Under the pieces are notes generated by a model, which worked only from the letters and a program-made list of their open reading frames with translations, did no database searches and was not told the DNA's origin. The translations under genes were made by a program, and so were the position numbers. Of a DNA stretch of 64,000 nt, positions 18,563-28,793 are shown one piece after another (within the stretch, counting starts at the first letter, position 1; every line of letters starts with the position of its first letter). Location of the stretch: positions 544,001-608,000 of the forward strand of contig OZ244922.1 of the NCBI GenBank assembly GCA_965221905.1, written 5' to 3'. This DNA comes from Chloroflexota bacterium (GTDB lineage: Bacteria > Chloroflexota > UBA11872 > VXOZ01).

Positions 18563-19396
18563 GTGTCTCGCAGAGGTGGCTTAGGACGGGGACTAGAGGC
18601 GTTACTGCCGGAATCGAGTCTCCAGGACATACCGGTAGAGCGCATTCGCCCTAATCCGCTGCAGCCGCGCCGCACTTTCGCCGAGGATGACTTGGAGGAA
18701 TTAGCCCAGTCAATCCGCGAGCACGGTATCCTGCAGCCGGTTGTGGTCAGCCGCCAACCGGAAGAGGGTATGTATCAACTGATCGTCGGCGAGCGTCGCT
18801 GGCGCGCAGCTAAGCAAGTGGGACTGGCCGCGATTCCCGCCCTCATTAGACCTACCGGCAGCCGTGAAGCATTGGAAATAGCGCTGGTCGAAAACCTCCA
18901 ACGCGCCAGCCTTTCTCCGCTGGAGACGGCTGAAGCCTACGCCGTGCTCATCAGCGAATTCGGCACTACCCAGGAGCAGGTGGCGGCGCGGGTCGGCAAG
19001 AGCCGTTCCGCAGTGGCGAATACTCTCCGTCTGCTCAACTTAGCTACGGCTGTAAAAGACGCTCTCGCCACGGATGCCATCAGCGAAGGCCACGCGCGCG
19101 CCCTGCTGCGGCTGACGACCGAAAGACAGGTCAACGCTCTCGCTGAGGTTGTTCGTCGTGGTCTCAACGTGCGCCAAACCGAACAGTTTGTGCAGCGGCT
19201 GCTTGGGTCGCCGCGTTCCTCCCGCGCCAAGCCGCCCGATGCGCGCAGCGGCGAATGGGAGGACCAGCTCCGGCGCTCGCTCGCGACAAAAGTGGAAATC
19301 CAGCGCCGCGGCAAGCAGGGCACAATTCGCATCCACTTCTTCTCTGATGAGGAACTAGAAGGTCTGGTCGATCGGCTGCTGACGGACGAAGCGTAG
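18563..19396 (+). CDS. parB: Chromosome partitioning protein ParB/Spo0J
   Basis: GLGRGLEALL, NPLQPR, GERRWRAA, ENLQR, HTH GKSRSAVANTLRLL. Confidence 0.96.
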   Translation: MSRRGGLGRGLEALLPESSLQDIPVERIRPNPLQPRRTFAEDDLEELAQSIREHGILQPVVVSRQPEEGMYQLIVGERRWRAAKQVGLAAIPALIRPTGSREALEIALVENLQRASLSPLETAEAYAVLISEFGTTQEQVAARVGKSRSAVANTLRLLNLATAVKDALATDAISEGHARALLRLTTERQVNALAEVVRRGLNVRQTEQFVQRLLGSPRSSRAKPPDARSGEWEDQLRRSLATKVEIQRRGKQGTIRIHFFSDEELEGLVDRLLTDEA

Positions 19397-19446
19397 CGCG
19401 GCGGGTATTGTACTCTTCCCGATTGACGCGGATCTGGCGCATTGCA

Positions 19447-20754
19447 TTAGCCATCGCCGCTGCTGCTTGCCGCTGCCTCATGCCGCGCGGGGGGAATCAG
19501 CACGCGCCATGCCAGGAACACCGCCAGGGCTATGACCGGTAGAAACGTCCATTGGAAGACGAGCAGTCCGGTGGCGAGATTATAGTTGTCTGCAACGGCA
19601 CCCAGTGCAGGCCCCATCAGCAGGCCGAGCGTGTAGTTGGAGGCTTGTACCAACGAGAGGCAGGAGGCACGCTGGGCCGATACAAGGCGTCGGTTGAGGC
19701 TTTCCAGCATGAGGGGATGGAGCAGGCCTATCATCACGTAGATGCCCAGCATACCTAAAATGACGATGGACATCAGCGACGCATTCACGAACACCACAAG
19801 CGCAGATGCTCCGATTACACCCAGAGAGAGGATCGCGGCGCGTTCGCTGCCCCAGAGCCACGCTCGAATACGGGCTGAGCCAAGCATGAAGACCGACATT
19901 ACACAGTAGTAGAACATGAAGAGAAACCCAAGTTGGGAGTAGGAGAAGCCGAGTGAGGTGAGGTAGGGTCCCGCAAAAGGACGCTCCATCAAGAAGTGGA
20001 CGCGCATCATCACGACGTAAACAATGAGCAGCCCTACGAGTTCGGGGTTGCGCGTAATGGTCTGGATGGTCTCTTTGAGGCGCCCGAAGTAATCACGGGA
20101 CTTTTCCCGGAAGGTGGTCGTCTGTGACGGTGAGGGCAGATTGCGGGCTACGGTTGGCTCGACGAATGTGAACGCGATGCCCGCTGCGGTCAATAGCGAG
20201 GCGGCGCTCCCCCAGAACGATCCGACGAGCCCGGTCTTGGACACGATGAGGCCGGTCAGGAGCATGCCGCTCACCATGCCGACGTTCTCTATCGCCAAGG
20301 CGCGCGCTAACAGTGGTTGGGCTCTCCCTTCCCAGCCTGCTGCCTTGATTGAGTCGTAGAAGAGCGCCATGTCTGCCCCGGAAGCAAATGCCGCCCCGAT
20401 GCCGACCACGATGAATCCCAGCATAAATATGAAGTAGTTAGCGGCGAATATGAGCACGAGCACACCCCCGCAGCCAAGCAGCGCCCCCAAGAAGATGCTC
20501 CACTTGCGGCTGAAGCGGTCGGCAAAGAGGCCTGTCGGCAATTCCGCCGCCACGCTGAAGAGGTTGAGGGAGGCCATCAGGATCATAAACCCCGTGAGCG
20601 AGATGCCGCGATCCTGGAAGTAGAGAGCGAAGATCGGTAAAAGAGTCCCCCAGCGCATTCCCCACGCGTACTTCAGCAGGTAGAATTTCCACACGTTGCG
20701 CCCCAGGCTGCGCGTGTGTTCGAAAGTAGCGCTGCTGTCTGCAGAGTCGAGCAT
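19447..20754 (-). CDS. MFS transporter
   Basis: ELPTGLFADRFSRK motif A, SGADMALFYDS, about 12 hydrophobic segments. Confidence 0.9.
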   Translation of the reverse strand: MLDSADSSATFEHTRSLGRNVWKFYLLKYAWGMRWGTLLPIFALYFQDRGISLTGFMILMASLNLFSVAAELPTGLFADRFSRKWSIFLGALLGCGGVLVLIFAANYFIFMLGFIVVGIGAAFASGADMALFYDSIKAAGWEGRAQPLLARALAIENVGMVSGMLLTGLIVSKTGLVGSFWGSAASLLTAAGIAFTFVEPTVARNLPSPSQTTTFREKSRDYFGRLKETIQTITRNPELVGLLIVYVVMMRVHFLMERPFAGPYLTSLGFSYSQLGFLFMFYYCVMSVFMLGSARIRAWLWGSERAAILSLGVIGASALVVFVNASLMSIVILGMLGIYVMIGLLHPLMLESLNRRLVSAQRASCLSLVQASNYTLGLLMGPALGAVADNYNLATGLLVFQWTFLPVIALAVFLAWRVLIPPARHEAAASSSGDG

Positions 20755-20894
20755 GCGTTAACGGCCCAAAATCGTTGACTCAAAAGCAGCTAGGTACTCG
20801 AATGCGAGCAATGCCGGCACGATTGGCTCAGAGCGAACCCTTGCACGGGGTTCCGATTGCCCTGCTCATCTTAGGCGGGAAGTGGCTCGGCGGT

Positions 20895-21767
20895 CTAGAG
20901 CGGTGGTTGGTAGTTGCCTCGCGGTGAGGCAACTGCTGCCGCTGACTGTCGAGCCGTAGGCGTGGGTGGGGCCGTCTCCTCCTGCTGCGCCCAGCGGAAG
21001 AAGATAATTGCCAAGGGCAGCAGCATGTAGAGACCGCCGCCTATCCACATAATCAAGCCACCGATACGCTGGTCGTCGAGCGCGGCGAAGGCCGTGCCCT
21101 CACGCGGGATGAGGTACGCCGTGTAGAGCACCTGGCCGGAGACCGTGATGAGGACCCCCACGATTTTGAGCCCTGCCGTAGCGAAGAAGATGTAGAGCAG
21201 GCGGCGCGGCGCGGAAAGGCGCGCCCGGAAGGGCCAAGAGTCGACCACGTTCCACCAGAAGAAGATAGCCGGCCAGAAGAACGTGGTGTGTTCGAGCACG
21301 TGTACGATTTCGTCATCCACCGCCGCCGTGTAGAGCAGCGGCGTGTGCCAGAGCCAGAGCGTGGCCAGAAATAGGCCAAGCGCCACGTGGGAGTGGAGCA
21401 GCGTGTGCGTGATGCGGCGCATGACGCGATTGCGCGCCACCGTCACAAAGACCGGGCGTTGCAGGAAGGCCGGCAGGCCCCGCAGCACCATCACGACCGG
21501 CGCGCCAAGCAGCAACAGCGGCGGCACGATGAGCACCAGCAGCAGGTGCTGGATCATGTGCATGGTGAAATACTGCCCGGAGAGCGTATCCACCGGCCCG
21601 ATGAGGGAAATGAGCAGCAGGGCGATGCCCGTGCTGAAAGAGATTCTGCGCCACAACGATGGAGTGGCGCGGCCCCGCCGTTTGGCCTGCGTTACGCCGA
21701 TGGCATAGAAGAGGCTAACAAGGCCGCAGCTTGCCCCAACCGCGAGAGTCGTCAGCGTGCCGACCAT
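20895..21767 (-). CDS. ctaG: Cytochrome c oxidase assembly protein (caa3-type CtaG)
   Basis: HMIQHLLL..PPLLLLG, WLWHTP, HVLEH, DQRIGGLIMW. Confidence 0.9.
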   Translation of the reverse strand: MVGTLTTLAVGASCGLVSLFYAIGVTQAKRRGRATPSLWRRISFSTGIALLLISLIGPVDTLSGQYFTMHMIQHLLLVLIVPPLLLLGAPVVMVLRGLPAFLQRPVFVTVARNRVMRRITHTLLHSHVALGLFLATLWLWHTPLLYTAAVDDEIVHVLEHTTFFWPAIFFWWNVVDSWPFRARLSAPRRLLYIFFATAGLKIVGVLITVSGQVLYTAYLIPREGTAFAALDDQRIGGLIMWIGGGLYMLLPLAIIFFRWAQQEETAPPTPTARQSAAAVASPRGNYQPPL

Positions 21768-22072
21768 TAAACTGAGCGGAGGCCGAAGAGGACGAGGAGC
21801 GTAATCAGCAAGAGTATCTCAACGGTGAACCCAAAGAAGAAGAAGCCCGCGAACAGCTTGCTATCGTAGCGCAGGTGCATGTAGTACAAAACTACCAAGG
21901 CAAACTTTGTACCGGCCATGATCAGCAGCAACGTTACCAACGGCGCAAAGGGGATGTCCACGTAGTACGTGGCGACTTCAAGGATGGTGAGGATAGTAAG
22001 GATGACGGCAATGCGGACGTAATGTCCGGTGGTGGCGTGTGCCTCATTGCTATGTGTTGCGTCTGTGCCCAC
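21767..22072 (-). CDS. ctaF: Cytochrome c oxidase subunit IV
   Basis: LTILEV, KFALVVLYYMHLRYD. Confidence 0.88.
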   Translation of the reverse strand: MGTDATHSNEAHATTGHYVRIAVILTILTILEVATYYVDIPFAPLVTLLLIMAGTKFALVVLYYMHLRYDSKLFAGFFFFGFTVEILLLITLLVLFGLRSV

Positions 22073-22107
22073 TTTCTCCTCCTCACAGGTGCCTGCAGCA
22101 CCGTAGC

Positions 22108-22740
22108 TTATGACGGGATTAGGTAGATTAGCGTAAAGATGATAATCCAGACAATATCGACAAAGTGCCAGTAGAGGCCGCCCAACTCCACGTCAAGCGA
22201 CTTGACCTTGCCGAAGAAACTCAGCACCACGAGTGAGACGAGCCAGAGGACGCCCACACCGACGTGCGTACCGTGAAAACCGGTGAGTACGAAGAATGTG
22301 GTGCCAAAGAGGTTGGTTGTCAACCCGAGGCCCTCGTGCACGAACGTATAGAATTCTACAACTTGATAGCCCAGGAATATGGTGCCCAGCACCGCCGTCA
22401 GCGAGAGCCAAATCCGCCCTTTGCGGAGCGCGCTGCGACTTTCATCGGAGCCTTTGCGCGCACTGTCGGCCCTTACAAAACCTGCGAGCGCGAGCACCAT
22501 CGCCAAACTGCTCATCAGCAGCACGAACGTACTCTGCGACGTAACCGGCACATTGAGAATCTCATTGGGGTAAGGACCGACAACACTCTTGCCCCGGTAA
22601 ACGAGGTAGGTGGTGATTAGGGAACCAAAGAAGATGCACTCTGAGCCGAGAAAGGCCCACATCAGGATCTTGCGGTGGTTCAAGCCCGTAGTCGTTGGAT
22701 GCTCTTCCGGCGCCTCGCGGGCAAGTGCTGCATCGCTCAT
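22108..22740 (-). CDS. ctaE: Cytochrome c oxidase subunit III
   Basis: FLGSECIFFG, LTGFHGTHV, GLYWHFVDIVW. Confidence 0.94.
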   Translation of the reverse strand: MSDAALAREAPEEHPTTTGLNHRKILMWAFLGSECIFFGSLITTYLVYRGKSVVGPYPNEILNVPVTSQSTFVLLMSSLAMVLALAGFVRADSARKGSDESRSALRKGRIWLSLTAVLGTIFLGYQVVEFYTFVHEGLGLTTNLFGTTFFVLTGFHGTHVGVGVLWLVSLVVLSFFGKVKSLDVELGGLYWHFVDIVWIIIFTLIYLIPS

Positions 22741-22881
22741 TCAGAGATTCTCCTCATGCTAGCCCTCAATCAGCTTAATTGTGTTCTGGCATTTCATCCT
22801 CGCCCTCACCCTAGCCCTCTCCCTCGGGGAGAGGGGACAGGATTGGAGCGTAGTTTTCAGCTAATTTCACATGGACAGGTG

Positions 22882-24756
22882 CTAATGTTCGTCGGGCGGA
22901 GTGGACGCGGGCTCCAGCGACCACGCATAGACTGCAACAATCGTCCACGCTACGCCGAGTATCGACACGGCAATGTGGATCATCAGGCCCGCTGCCGCGA
23001 TGGTAAGTCCAGCGCCGACCAAGAGCGGCCAGTACGATGGATTTGGCATGTGAACTTCATGCACTTCGTCAGACTCGTCCGCATGTTCGGCTACGGCCGC
23101 GTTGGCCTTGCTGAGCTGCGCTGCATCGCCGTGTCCGTCACCATACTTGTCGAACCACATCTGATCGCGGTGGGTTACTTGCGGGATTTCATCGAAGTTA
23201 TGTTCTGGCGGCGGGCTGGGTATTGCCCACTCCAAGGTGCGTGCGTCCCACGGGTCGTTGCCGGCGGGCACGCCCTTGATGTAACTAGCTACAAAATTCC
23301 AGAGGAACACCAGGATCGAGACACCAATGAGAAAGGCGCTAATGGTGATGAACATGTTCCAGAAGTCCCAGCCCATGCCGGCGGCATACGTGCCGACGCG
23401 GCGCGGCATGCCGTCGACGCCCACGAAATGCATCGGGAAGAAGGTGAAGTTCATGCCCGCGAACATGAGCCAGAAGTGCCACTTGCCGATTCTTTCGCTC
23501 ATCATGCGTCCGGTGATCTTGGGGTACCAGTAGTAGACCCCGCCCATCAAGGCCAGAATGAGACCGCCGAAGAGCACGTAGTGGAAGTGACCGACGACGA
23601 AGTAGGTGTCCTGGAAGTGCAGGTCCAACGGCACGGCTGCCAGCATTGGGCCGGTTAGCCCGCCGATGAGAAACGTCGTGAGAAAACCAAGTGCAAACAG
23701 CATCGGCGTCGTCAGGCGGATGCGGCCGCCAAAGCAGGTGGCAACCCAGTTGAACATCTTGATGCCGGTTGGAATTGCAATGAGCATGGTGGAGCCGGCG
23801 AAGGCCGCATCGGCAATGGTGCCCATGCCGGTGGTGAACATGTGATGCGCCCACACGCTGAAGCCCAGGAAGCCGATCGACACGGCTGCGAAGACCATGG
23901 CGCTGTAGCCGAAGATCGGCTTGCGCGAAAATGTTGGCAGAATCTCAGAGGCAATGCCGAAACCCGGTAAGACTAAGATGTAGACCTCCGGGTGTCCGAA
24001 AACCCAGAAGAGATGTTGCCAGAGCATCGGGTCGCCGCCCTCGGCCACTTCGTAGAAGTTCGTCCCAAACATGCGGTCGAATTCCAGGAAGATCAGAGCG
24101 GCCGTAATCGCGGGAAAAGCGAAGATAATCAGGAAAGACGTAACGAAGGTCATCCAGACGAAAATGGGCATGCGCATGAGCGTCATACCCGGCGCCCGCA
24201 GGTTGATGATCGTGATGATGAAGTTAAGGGCCGCGGCTACCGACGCGACACCAAGCACCAGCAGACCGAGCCCCCAGAAGTCGATGCTCAGGCCGGGGGA
24301 GTACTCCTTGGTCGTCAGGTTCGCGTAGCCAAACCAACCGCCGTCCGGCGCCTGGCCGAAGAGAAAGCTGCTATGCATGAGAAGGCTGCCGCCAAGGAAC
24401 GTCCAGTAGCTGAAGGCGTTCAGGCGCGGAAAAGCCACGTCACGCGCGCCGATCATTAGCGGAATGAGGAAATTGAAGAACGACGCCGCCATCGGCATGG
24501 CGACCATGAAGACCATAGCAGTGCCGTGCATGGTGAAGAGCTGATTGTACGTATCGGAATCGAGGAGCTTGCCCTCGGGTGTTGCAAGCTGAATCCGAAT
24601 GAGCAGTGCTTCGAGTCCGGCAATAAGAAAGTACATAAGGGACGTGACAAAATAAAGCACGCCGATGCGCTTGTGGTCTATGGTGGTGATCCAACTCCAG
24701 ATCGCCGCCCCAGTGGAGACGCGTTCCTGCGTGCGGACGCCTGCTACTGTTGCCAT
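22882..24756 (-). CDS. ctaD: Cytochrome c oxidase subunit I (A1 type)
   Basis: TIDHKRIG, FTMHG, GHPEVY, WAHHM, HFHYV. Confidence 0.97.
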   Translation of the reverse strand: MATVAGVRTQERVSTGAAIWSWITTIDHKRIGVLYFVTSLMYFLIAGLEALLIRIQLATPEGKLLDSDTYNQLFTMHGTAMVFMVAMPMAASFFNFLIPLMIGARDVAFPRLNAFSYWTFLGGSLLMHSSFLFGQAPDGGWFGYANLTTKEYSPGLSIDFWGLGLLVLGVASVAAALNFIITIINLRAPGMTLMRMPIFVWMTFVTSFLIIFAFPAITAALIFLEFDRMFGTNFYEVAEGGDPMLWQHLFWVFGHPEVYILVLPGFGIASEILPTFSRKPIFGYSAMVFAAVSIGFLGFSVWAHHMFTTGMGTIADAAFAGSTMLIAIPTGIKMFNWVATCFGGRIRLTTPMLFALGFLTTFLIGGLTGPMLAAVPLDLHFQDTYFVVGHFHYVLFGGLILALMGGVYYWYPKITGRMMSERIGKWHFWLMFAGMNFTFFPMHFVGVDGMPRRVGTYAAGMGWDFWNMFITISAFLIGVSILVFLWNFVASYIKGVPAGNDPWDARTLEWAIPSPPPEHNFDEIPQVTHRDQMWFDKYGDGHGDAAQLSKANAAVAEHADESDEVHEVHMPNPSYWPLLVGAGLTIAAAGLMIHIAVSILGVAWTIVAVYAWSLEPASTPPDEH

Positions 24757-24841
24757 GCCGACACTCCTCGCTGCACAGACGGGGCCGTAACCAAATCAGC
24801 CGATCGAATACGCGGTACCAGCCATCCTATTATTACATGGT

Positions 24842-24859
24842 TTGTGAGCATTTTCACAT
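24842..24859. promoter_or_regulatory. Rex/Crp-like palindromic site between subunit II and subunit I genes
   Basis: TTGTGAGCATTTTCACAT: perfect TGTGA-N6-TCACA, 12/14 to Rex consensus TTGTGAA-N4-TTCACAA; TAATAAT just downstream on the minus strand. Confidence 0.55.
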
Positions 24860-24870
24860 ACTATTCCTAG

Positions 24871-25899
24871 CTATTTGAGGGCGGTAATGTACGCCGTGAG
24901 CAAGCGGATATCCTCTTGGCTCAACGCAATCGGGAGAATCATCTCATTGCCCGGCTTCAGGCCTTGTGGATCGCTGAGCCAGCGCGTAACTTCTGCCGGA
25001 GTGTTATCTAGAATGCCACTGGCGATATACGAACGACTGCCGACGTGGGTGAGGTCCGGTCCAATGGTGCCTATGGCATCGGTGCCGCGAATTGTGTGAC
25101 ACGTCACGCAGGCACGACTAACGAAGAGCTCCGCGCCTGCGGCAGCATCGCCGGTCACCTCCACAGCGGGCCGCCCTTGCCGCTCCAGCCAGTCGTTAAA
25201 TGCCATCTCGGACTCGACGACCACGTGATAACGCATTTGCGCGTGCGCCGTACCGCAGTACTCGGCGCATTGCCCCAGGAATAAGCCCTCTTCCTGTGGC
25301 GTAAACCAGATACTGTTTGTGGATCCCGGCATCAAGTCACGCTTACCCATGAGACGCGGTACCCAAAAGGAGTGAATTACGTCGTCAGACTGAAGCTCGA
25401 AATACACCGCACGGTCAATTGGAATGTGAATCTCATTGGCAGTAACCACGTCATGATCGAGATAGTGAACTTCCCACCACCATTGGTGACCGATAACGCG
25501 CACCCGGAGGGCGTCCGCCGGTGGCTCCGCCTCAATTTTAGCCATTGCCTGGTAGGTCAAGATCAGCATTAGTACGACGACAATTGAAGGCGCGAGCGTC
25601 CAGGCAATCTCCAGACGCGTGTTGCCGTGGATTTGCGGGGGGATGCTGTTGTCGCCTTTGCGCGCGCGAAAGCGGAAAACTGAGTAGAGGAGCAAGCCTT
25701 GTACAATCAAGAAAATGACGATCGCCAGCCAGGTCAGGGGGGCATAGAGATCGTTGATGACCTGATTATTGTCAGATCGTGGGAAGAGCGTGGTCTGCGG
25801 GTAGTCCACCGCTCCACAGCCGACAAGGATGGCGATGGCGATCACGCCAATGACTAGCCGCAAAAGCCACCAACCTAGAGCATGTCTTGGAGAGTGCAT
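24871..25899 (-). CDS. ctaC: Cytochrome c oxidase subunit II with fused cytochrome c (caa3-type)
   Basis: GHQWWW, DVIHSFW, CuA CAEYCGTAHAQM, heme CVTCH; start moved to ATG 25899 (AAGGAGG SD). Confidence 0.95.
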   Translation of the reverse strand: MHSPRHALGWWLLRLVIGVIAIAILVGCGAVDYPQTTLFPRSDNNQVINDLYAPLTWLAIVIFLIVQGLLLYSVFRFRARKGDNSIPPQIHGNTRLEIAWTLAPSIVVVLMLILTYQAMAKIEAEPPADALRVRVIGHQWWWEVHYLDHDVVTANEIHIPIDRAVYFELQSDDVIHSFWVPRLMGKRDLMPGSTNSIWFTPQEEGLFLGQCAEYCGTAHAQMRYHVVVESEMAFNDWLERQGRPAVEVTGDAAAGAELFVSRACVTCHTIRGTDAIGTIGPDLTHVGSRSYIASGILDNTPAEVTRWLSDPQGLKPGNEMILPIALSQEDIRLLTAYITALK

Positions 25900-26270
25900 G
25901 CTATGCTGCCTCCTTGCGGTAAGACGCATCCCTCGTCGCGTCTGCCCGTGTGCCGGAGGTCGCACTCTTGCGGAATTTGGAAAGTCCCTGATTAAAGAAG
26001 CACCGGACTCCAATCCAGTGCCGGCATGCCTCAGCCATTTCTATCGCTCACTCCCATGTAGACGATGTCTTCTGTAAAGAGGGCTAGGACGTAGAGTCCG
26101 CTCAACTGCCACAGTATCCCAATCAGCAACAAGCTCTCTTACCCTCATCTTATCTGCGTGTGAAAGTAGACACAAAGTCTACCCACACTATTCTAGCCAC
26201 TCGGTTCTCACGCTACAAGTCGATACAGTACCGCATTGGGAGAAATTTTGGTAGGCTCCATTTCAGTAGC

Positions 26271-26969
26271 TTAAGGCTCACTTTTCACCGTACCCGCGAG
26301 CTGCTGTTTCGCGGCGCGCCAGGCATGCTGCGCTCGTATCCACAGGTGCAGCCACAGGATGCCGATACTATACGCTCCCACCACGTCGCTTGGCCAATGC
26401 ACGCCCAGGTACACGCGGGATATGCCGACCAGGACAATCATCGTGAGCATGCCGGCTACACCAAGCCAACGCAGCCAAGGCCGGCAGGCGTGCTGCCAAA
26501 TGAAGTAGGCGAGGAATCCATAGAAGATCGAAAATGATTGCACGTGTCCGCTGGGAAACGCATAGGAGTCCACACCCAGCGCGGCCAATTGCTCTGCCGC
26601 CAATTCCGGTCGCGGGCGCTCTATGAGAGCTTTTAGCATTTGGTTTAGGAGATGTCCGGTAATTGCCGCGGCTGCGAGAACGACAGCCTGCTGCCGCCAG
26701 CCAAAGATTGCGAGTAGAAGAATAACAGCTATCGTCGTTGGCCCCGCCACGCGGAACCACCCTATGGCGCTGATCGCCCGCAGTAGGGCGTCCAAGAACG
26801 GGAAGTGCCAGGATTGGATCATCTCGCCTAGCGGCACGTCGAGGGGCAGCGGCTCTCCCTGGCGTGCAGCCACGCCCAAGCCAAGCGCAATCACAAGCAG
26901 AGCGAGTTCCGGGAGCCAGGAACGTACGCTCAGGAAGCAGCGCAGATAGACCTTCAAAGCCTCAGCCAT
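26271..26969 (-). CDS. PAP2 family membrane phosphatase
   Basis: KALIERPRP, FPSGH, SRVYLGVHWPSDV. Confidence 0.92.
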   Translation of the reverse strand: MAEALKVYLRCFLSVRSWLPELALLVIALGLGVAARQGEPLPLDVPLGEMIQSWHFPFLDALLRAISAIGWFRVAGPTTIAVILLLAIFGWRQQAVVLAAAAITGHLLNQMLKALIERPRPELAAEQLAALGVDSYAFPSGHVQSFSIFYGFLAYFIWQHACRPWLRWLGVAGMLTMIVLVGISRVYLGVHWPSDVVGAYSIGILWLHLWIRAQHAWRAAKQQLAGTVKSEP

Positions 26970-27639
26970 CGGGAGACCCCCGTGGCGGAACATGCTCGGC
27001 ACGCTTGGCGGCCTCGGCTTCCAGCTCCGCAGCTTTCTCTTGCTGGCCGGTCTTGAGGTAGTAAGCGATCTTCTTCTGGTCGATGAGATTCTGGTTGTAT
27101 GCGATCCAGTCCCGGTGGTAGGTCTCGTTCACCATGCGGTCCATGATTGCTTGCCAATCTGCGTCGCTCAGTAGCGCCACACAGGGGACGAGGAGCGCGG
27201 CCCAGGCGGTGGTCAGCAGGAGTCCGCCGATGAGCGTGGGAAAGAACGCTTGCAGCAAATTCGCTAGGGTGAAGGCATCGCGAAAACTGGCGATGAGTCC
27301 GGTCTCAGCGCCGCTGGATAGGCTCTGCGCGAAGAGCAAGCCAAGGGGCACGCAGAGTAACAGGAGCACTGCCGCCCCGGCAACGAGGCCCAAATCATTG
27401 CGCCGGCTAACGCGCTGATTGGCCAGCGCCGCTATTGCGCCGGCCAGGCTCAGATAGATCGCGCCGCCGCCGACGATCCAGAGGAGACCTGGCGTGAGCA
27501 GAGTTACCCAACGACTGAGGATGAGAGCCGCAACCCACACGCCAGCCGGCAAGGCTATGCCCGCCAGCAAGCCGCTCAGGGCAACGCGCCACGCCGCCGC
27601 GTATTCAAGCTGAATGCGATGACGAAGGTAATCGTACAT
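26962..27639 (-). CDS. Hypothetical membrane protein
   Basis: About four TM helices and a charged C-terminus; overlaps the PAP2 start. Confidence 0.7.
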   Translation of the reverse strand: MYDYLRHRIQLEYAAAWRVALSGLLAGIALPAGVWVAALILSRWVTLLTPGLLWIVGGGAIYLSLAGAIAALANQRVSRRNDLGLVAGAAVLLLLCVPLGLLFAQSLSSGAETGLIASFRDAFTLANLLQAFFPTLIGGLLLTTAWAALLVPCVALLSDADWQAIMDRMVNETYHRDWIAYNQNLIDQKKIAYYLKTGQQEKAAELEAEAAKRAEHVPPRGSPDG

Positions 27640-27854
27640 GCCGGGTTGCTCCCAGGCCCGCGCCCTCTATCGCTTCCGGACGCGAACGACGCAGGCAGAG
27701 CGGTCGGGCTCTGCCGCTATAATGCATGCCGCTCGCGGCCGCCGGATTTTCTTCTAGCACGAGCATACGCCATAGCCGGGCCGGAGAAAAGGGGAAGGCA
27801 CGGCCGGGGATGATTGACCGAGAGTTGCCGGCGCGGCGATGGGTCCCTCCGCGG

Positions 27855-28007
27855 GAGACCTTTACGTAGCTCTGCCAAGCAAGCGGATTTGGGTTGGATT
27901 GACGAGGATTCACCCTCACTCCAGCCTTCCTCCTGTTGCATAGACCGGGGAGATGGGATTTTATCGCTTTGGCGAGGGTTGGGCAAGGGTCATTGTGCAG
28001 TGGCCTG
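27855..28007. mobile_element. Degenerate MITE with IS5-like ends, containing a REP interrupted by an IS481-like end
   Basis: GAGACCTTTACGTAGC...TGTGCAGTGGCCT; internal TGCATAGACCGGGGAGATGGG. Confidence 0.45.
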
Positions 28008-28022
28008 AGGTGGTTCCGGGCC

Positions 28023-28778
28023 CTATACCAGGCCCGCGTTGTGCAGGAAAGCTGTCAGCAGGTTGCGCATTTGCTTCCGGTAGTGGGATTCGTAGCGGGC
28101 AAACTCCCGCAGGTTGCGGGCGGCTTCCTCATTGGCGTCGAACCGGTCTCCCATCAGTGTGTAGTCGCCGGACAGTTCCCGGTTCCACACCTGCAATTCC
28201 TCCAGAGTGAGTTGCGGCTCGAACTGGAACGCGTAGGAGTTGCCGTAGCGGAAGGCCATGTTGATTTTGCGGTAGCTCCCATCGCGGCAGAGCATGAACC
28301 CTTCCGCCAGACGGGTGGCACCCTGGGGGATGGAGAAACATTCCCCGTGAAGGGTTGGCGCCAGGGGAATAGTCAGTTTGCCGAAGACCGGGTCAGCGTC
28401 GCCGGCGGCAGTCACGTATAACTTGCGCAATCCGAATTGATAGCCGCCCGTCGGCTCCACCGTGCCACCCAGGGCCGCGGCCATGATCTGAGCCCCCAGG
28501 CAGATGCCCAGCACGGGCTTGCCCAGGTCCATAGCCCGGCGCAGGTATGCGCGCTCATGGTGAATGGCGGGATAGTCGTCGTTGGCCGACATTGGGCCGC
28601 CGAGTGCCACCACGAGGTCAACCTGCTCCGGCGGTGGAGGCGCAAAGCGGTCGAAGGCGGGAGATGACTCGAAGACGTTTAGGGGTTCGAGTTGAAAGCC
28701 GTGTTGCTCCAGAACACCGGTAAAGTTGGCGGCCAGGGTCTCCGGCTCGGCATGGCGAATGACCAACGCTCGCTTCAT
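28023..28778 (-). CDS. Class I glutamine amidotransferase-like protein
   Basis: LGGPMSAND, PVLGICLGAQ; QFEPQ where QFHPE is expected. Confidence 0.88.
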   Translation of the reverse strand: MKRALVIRHAEPETLAANFTGVLEQHGFQLEPLNVFESSPAFDRFAPPPPEQVDLVVALGGPMSANDDYPAIHHERAYLRRAMDLGKPVLGICLGAQIMAAALGGTVEPTGGYQFGLRKLYVTAAGDADPVFGKLTIPLAPTLHGECFSIPQGATRLAEGFMLCRDGSYRKINMAFRYGNSYAFQFEPQLTLEELQVWNRELSGDYTLMGDRFDANEEAARNLREFARYESHYRKQMRNLLTAFLHNAGLV

Positions 28779-28793
28779 GGGTTGTCCTGGGTT

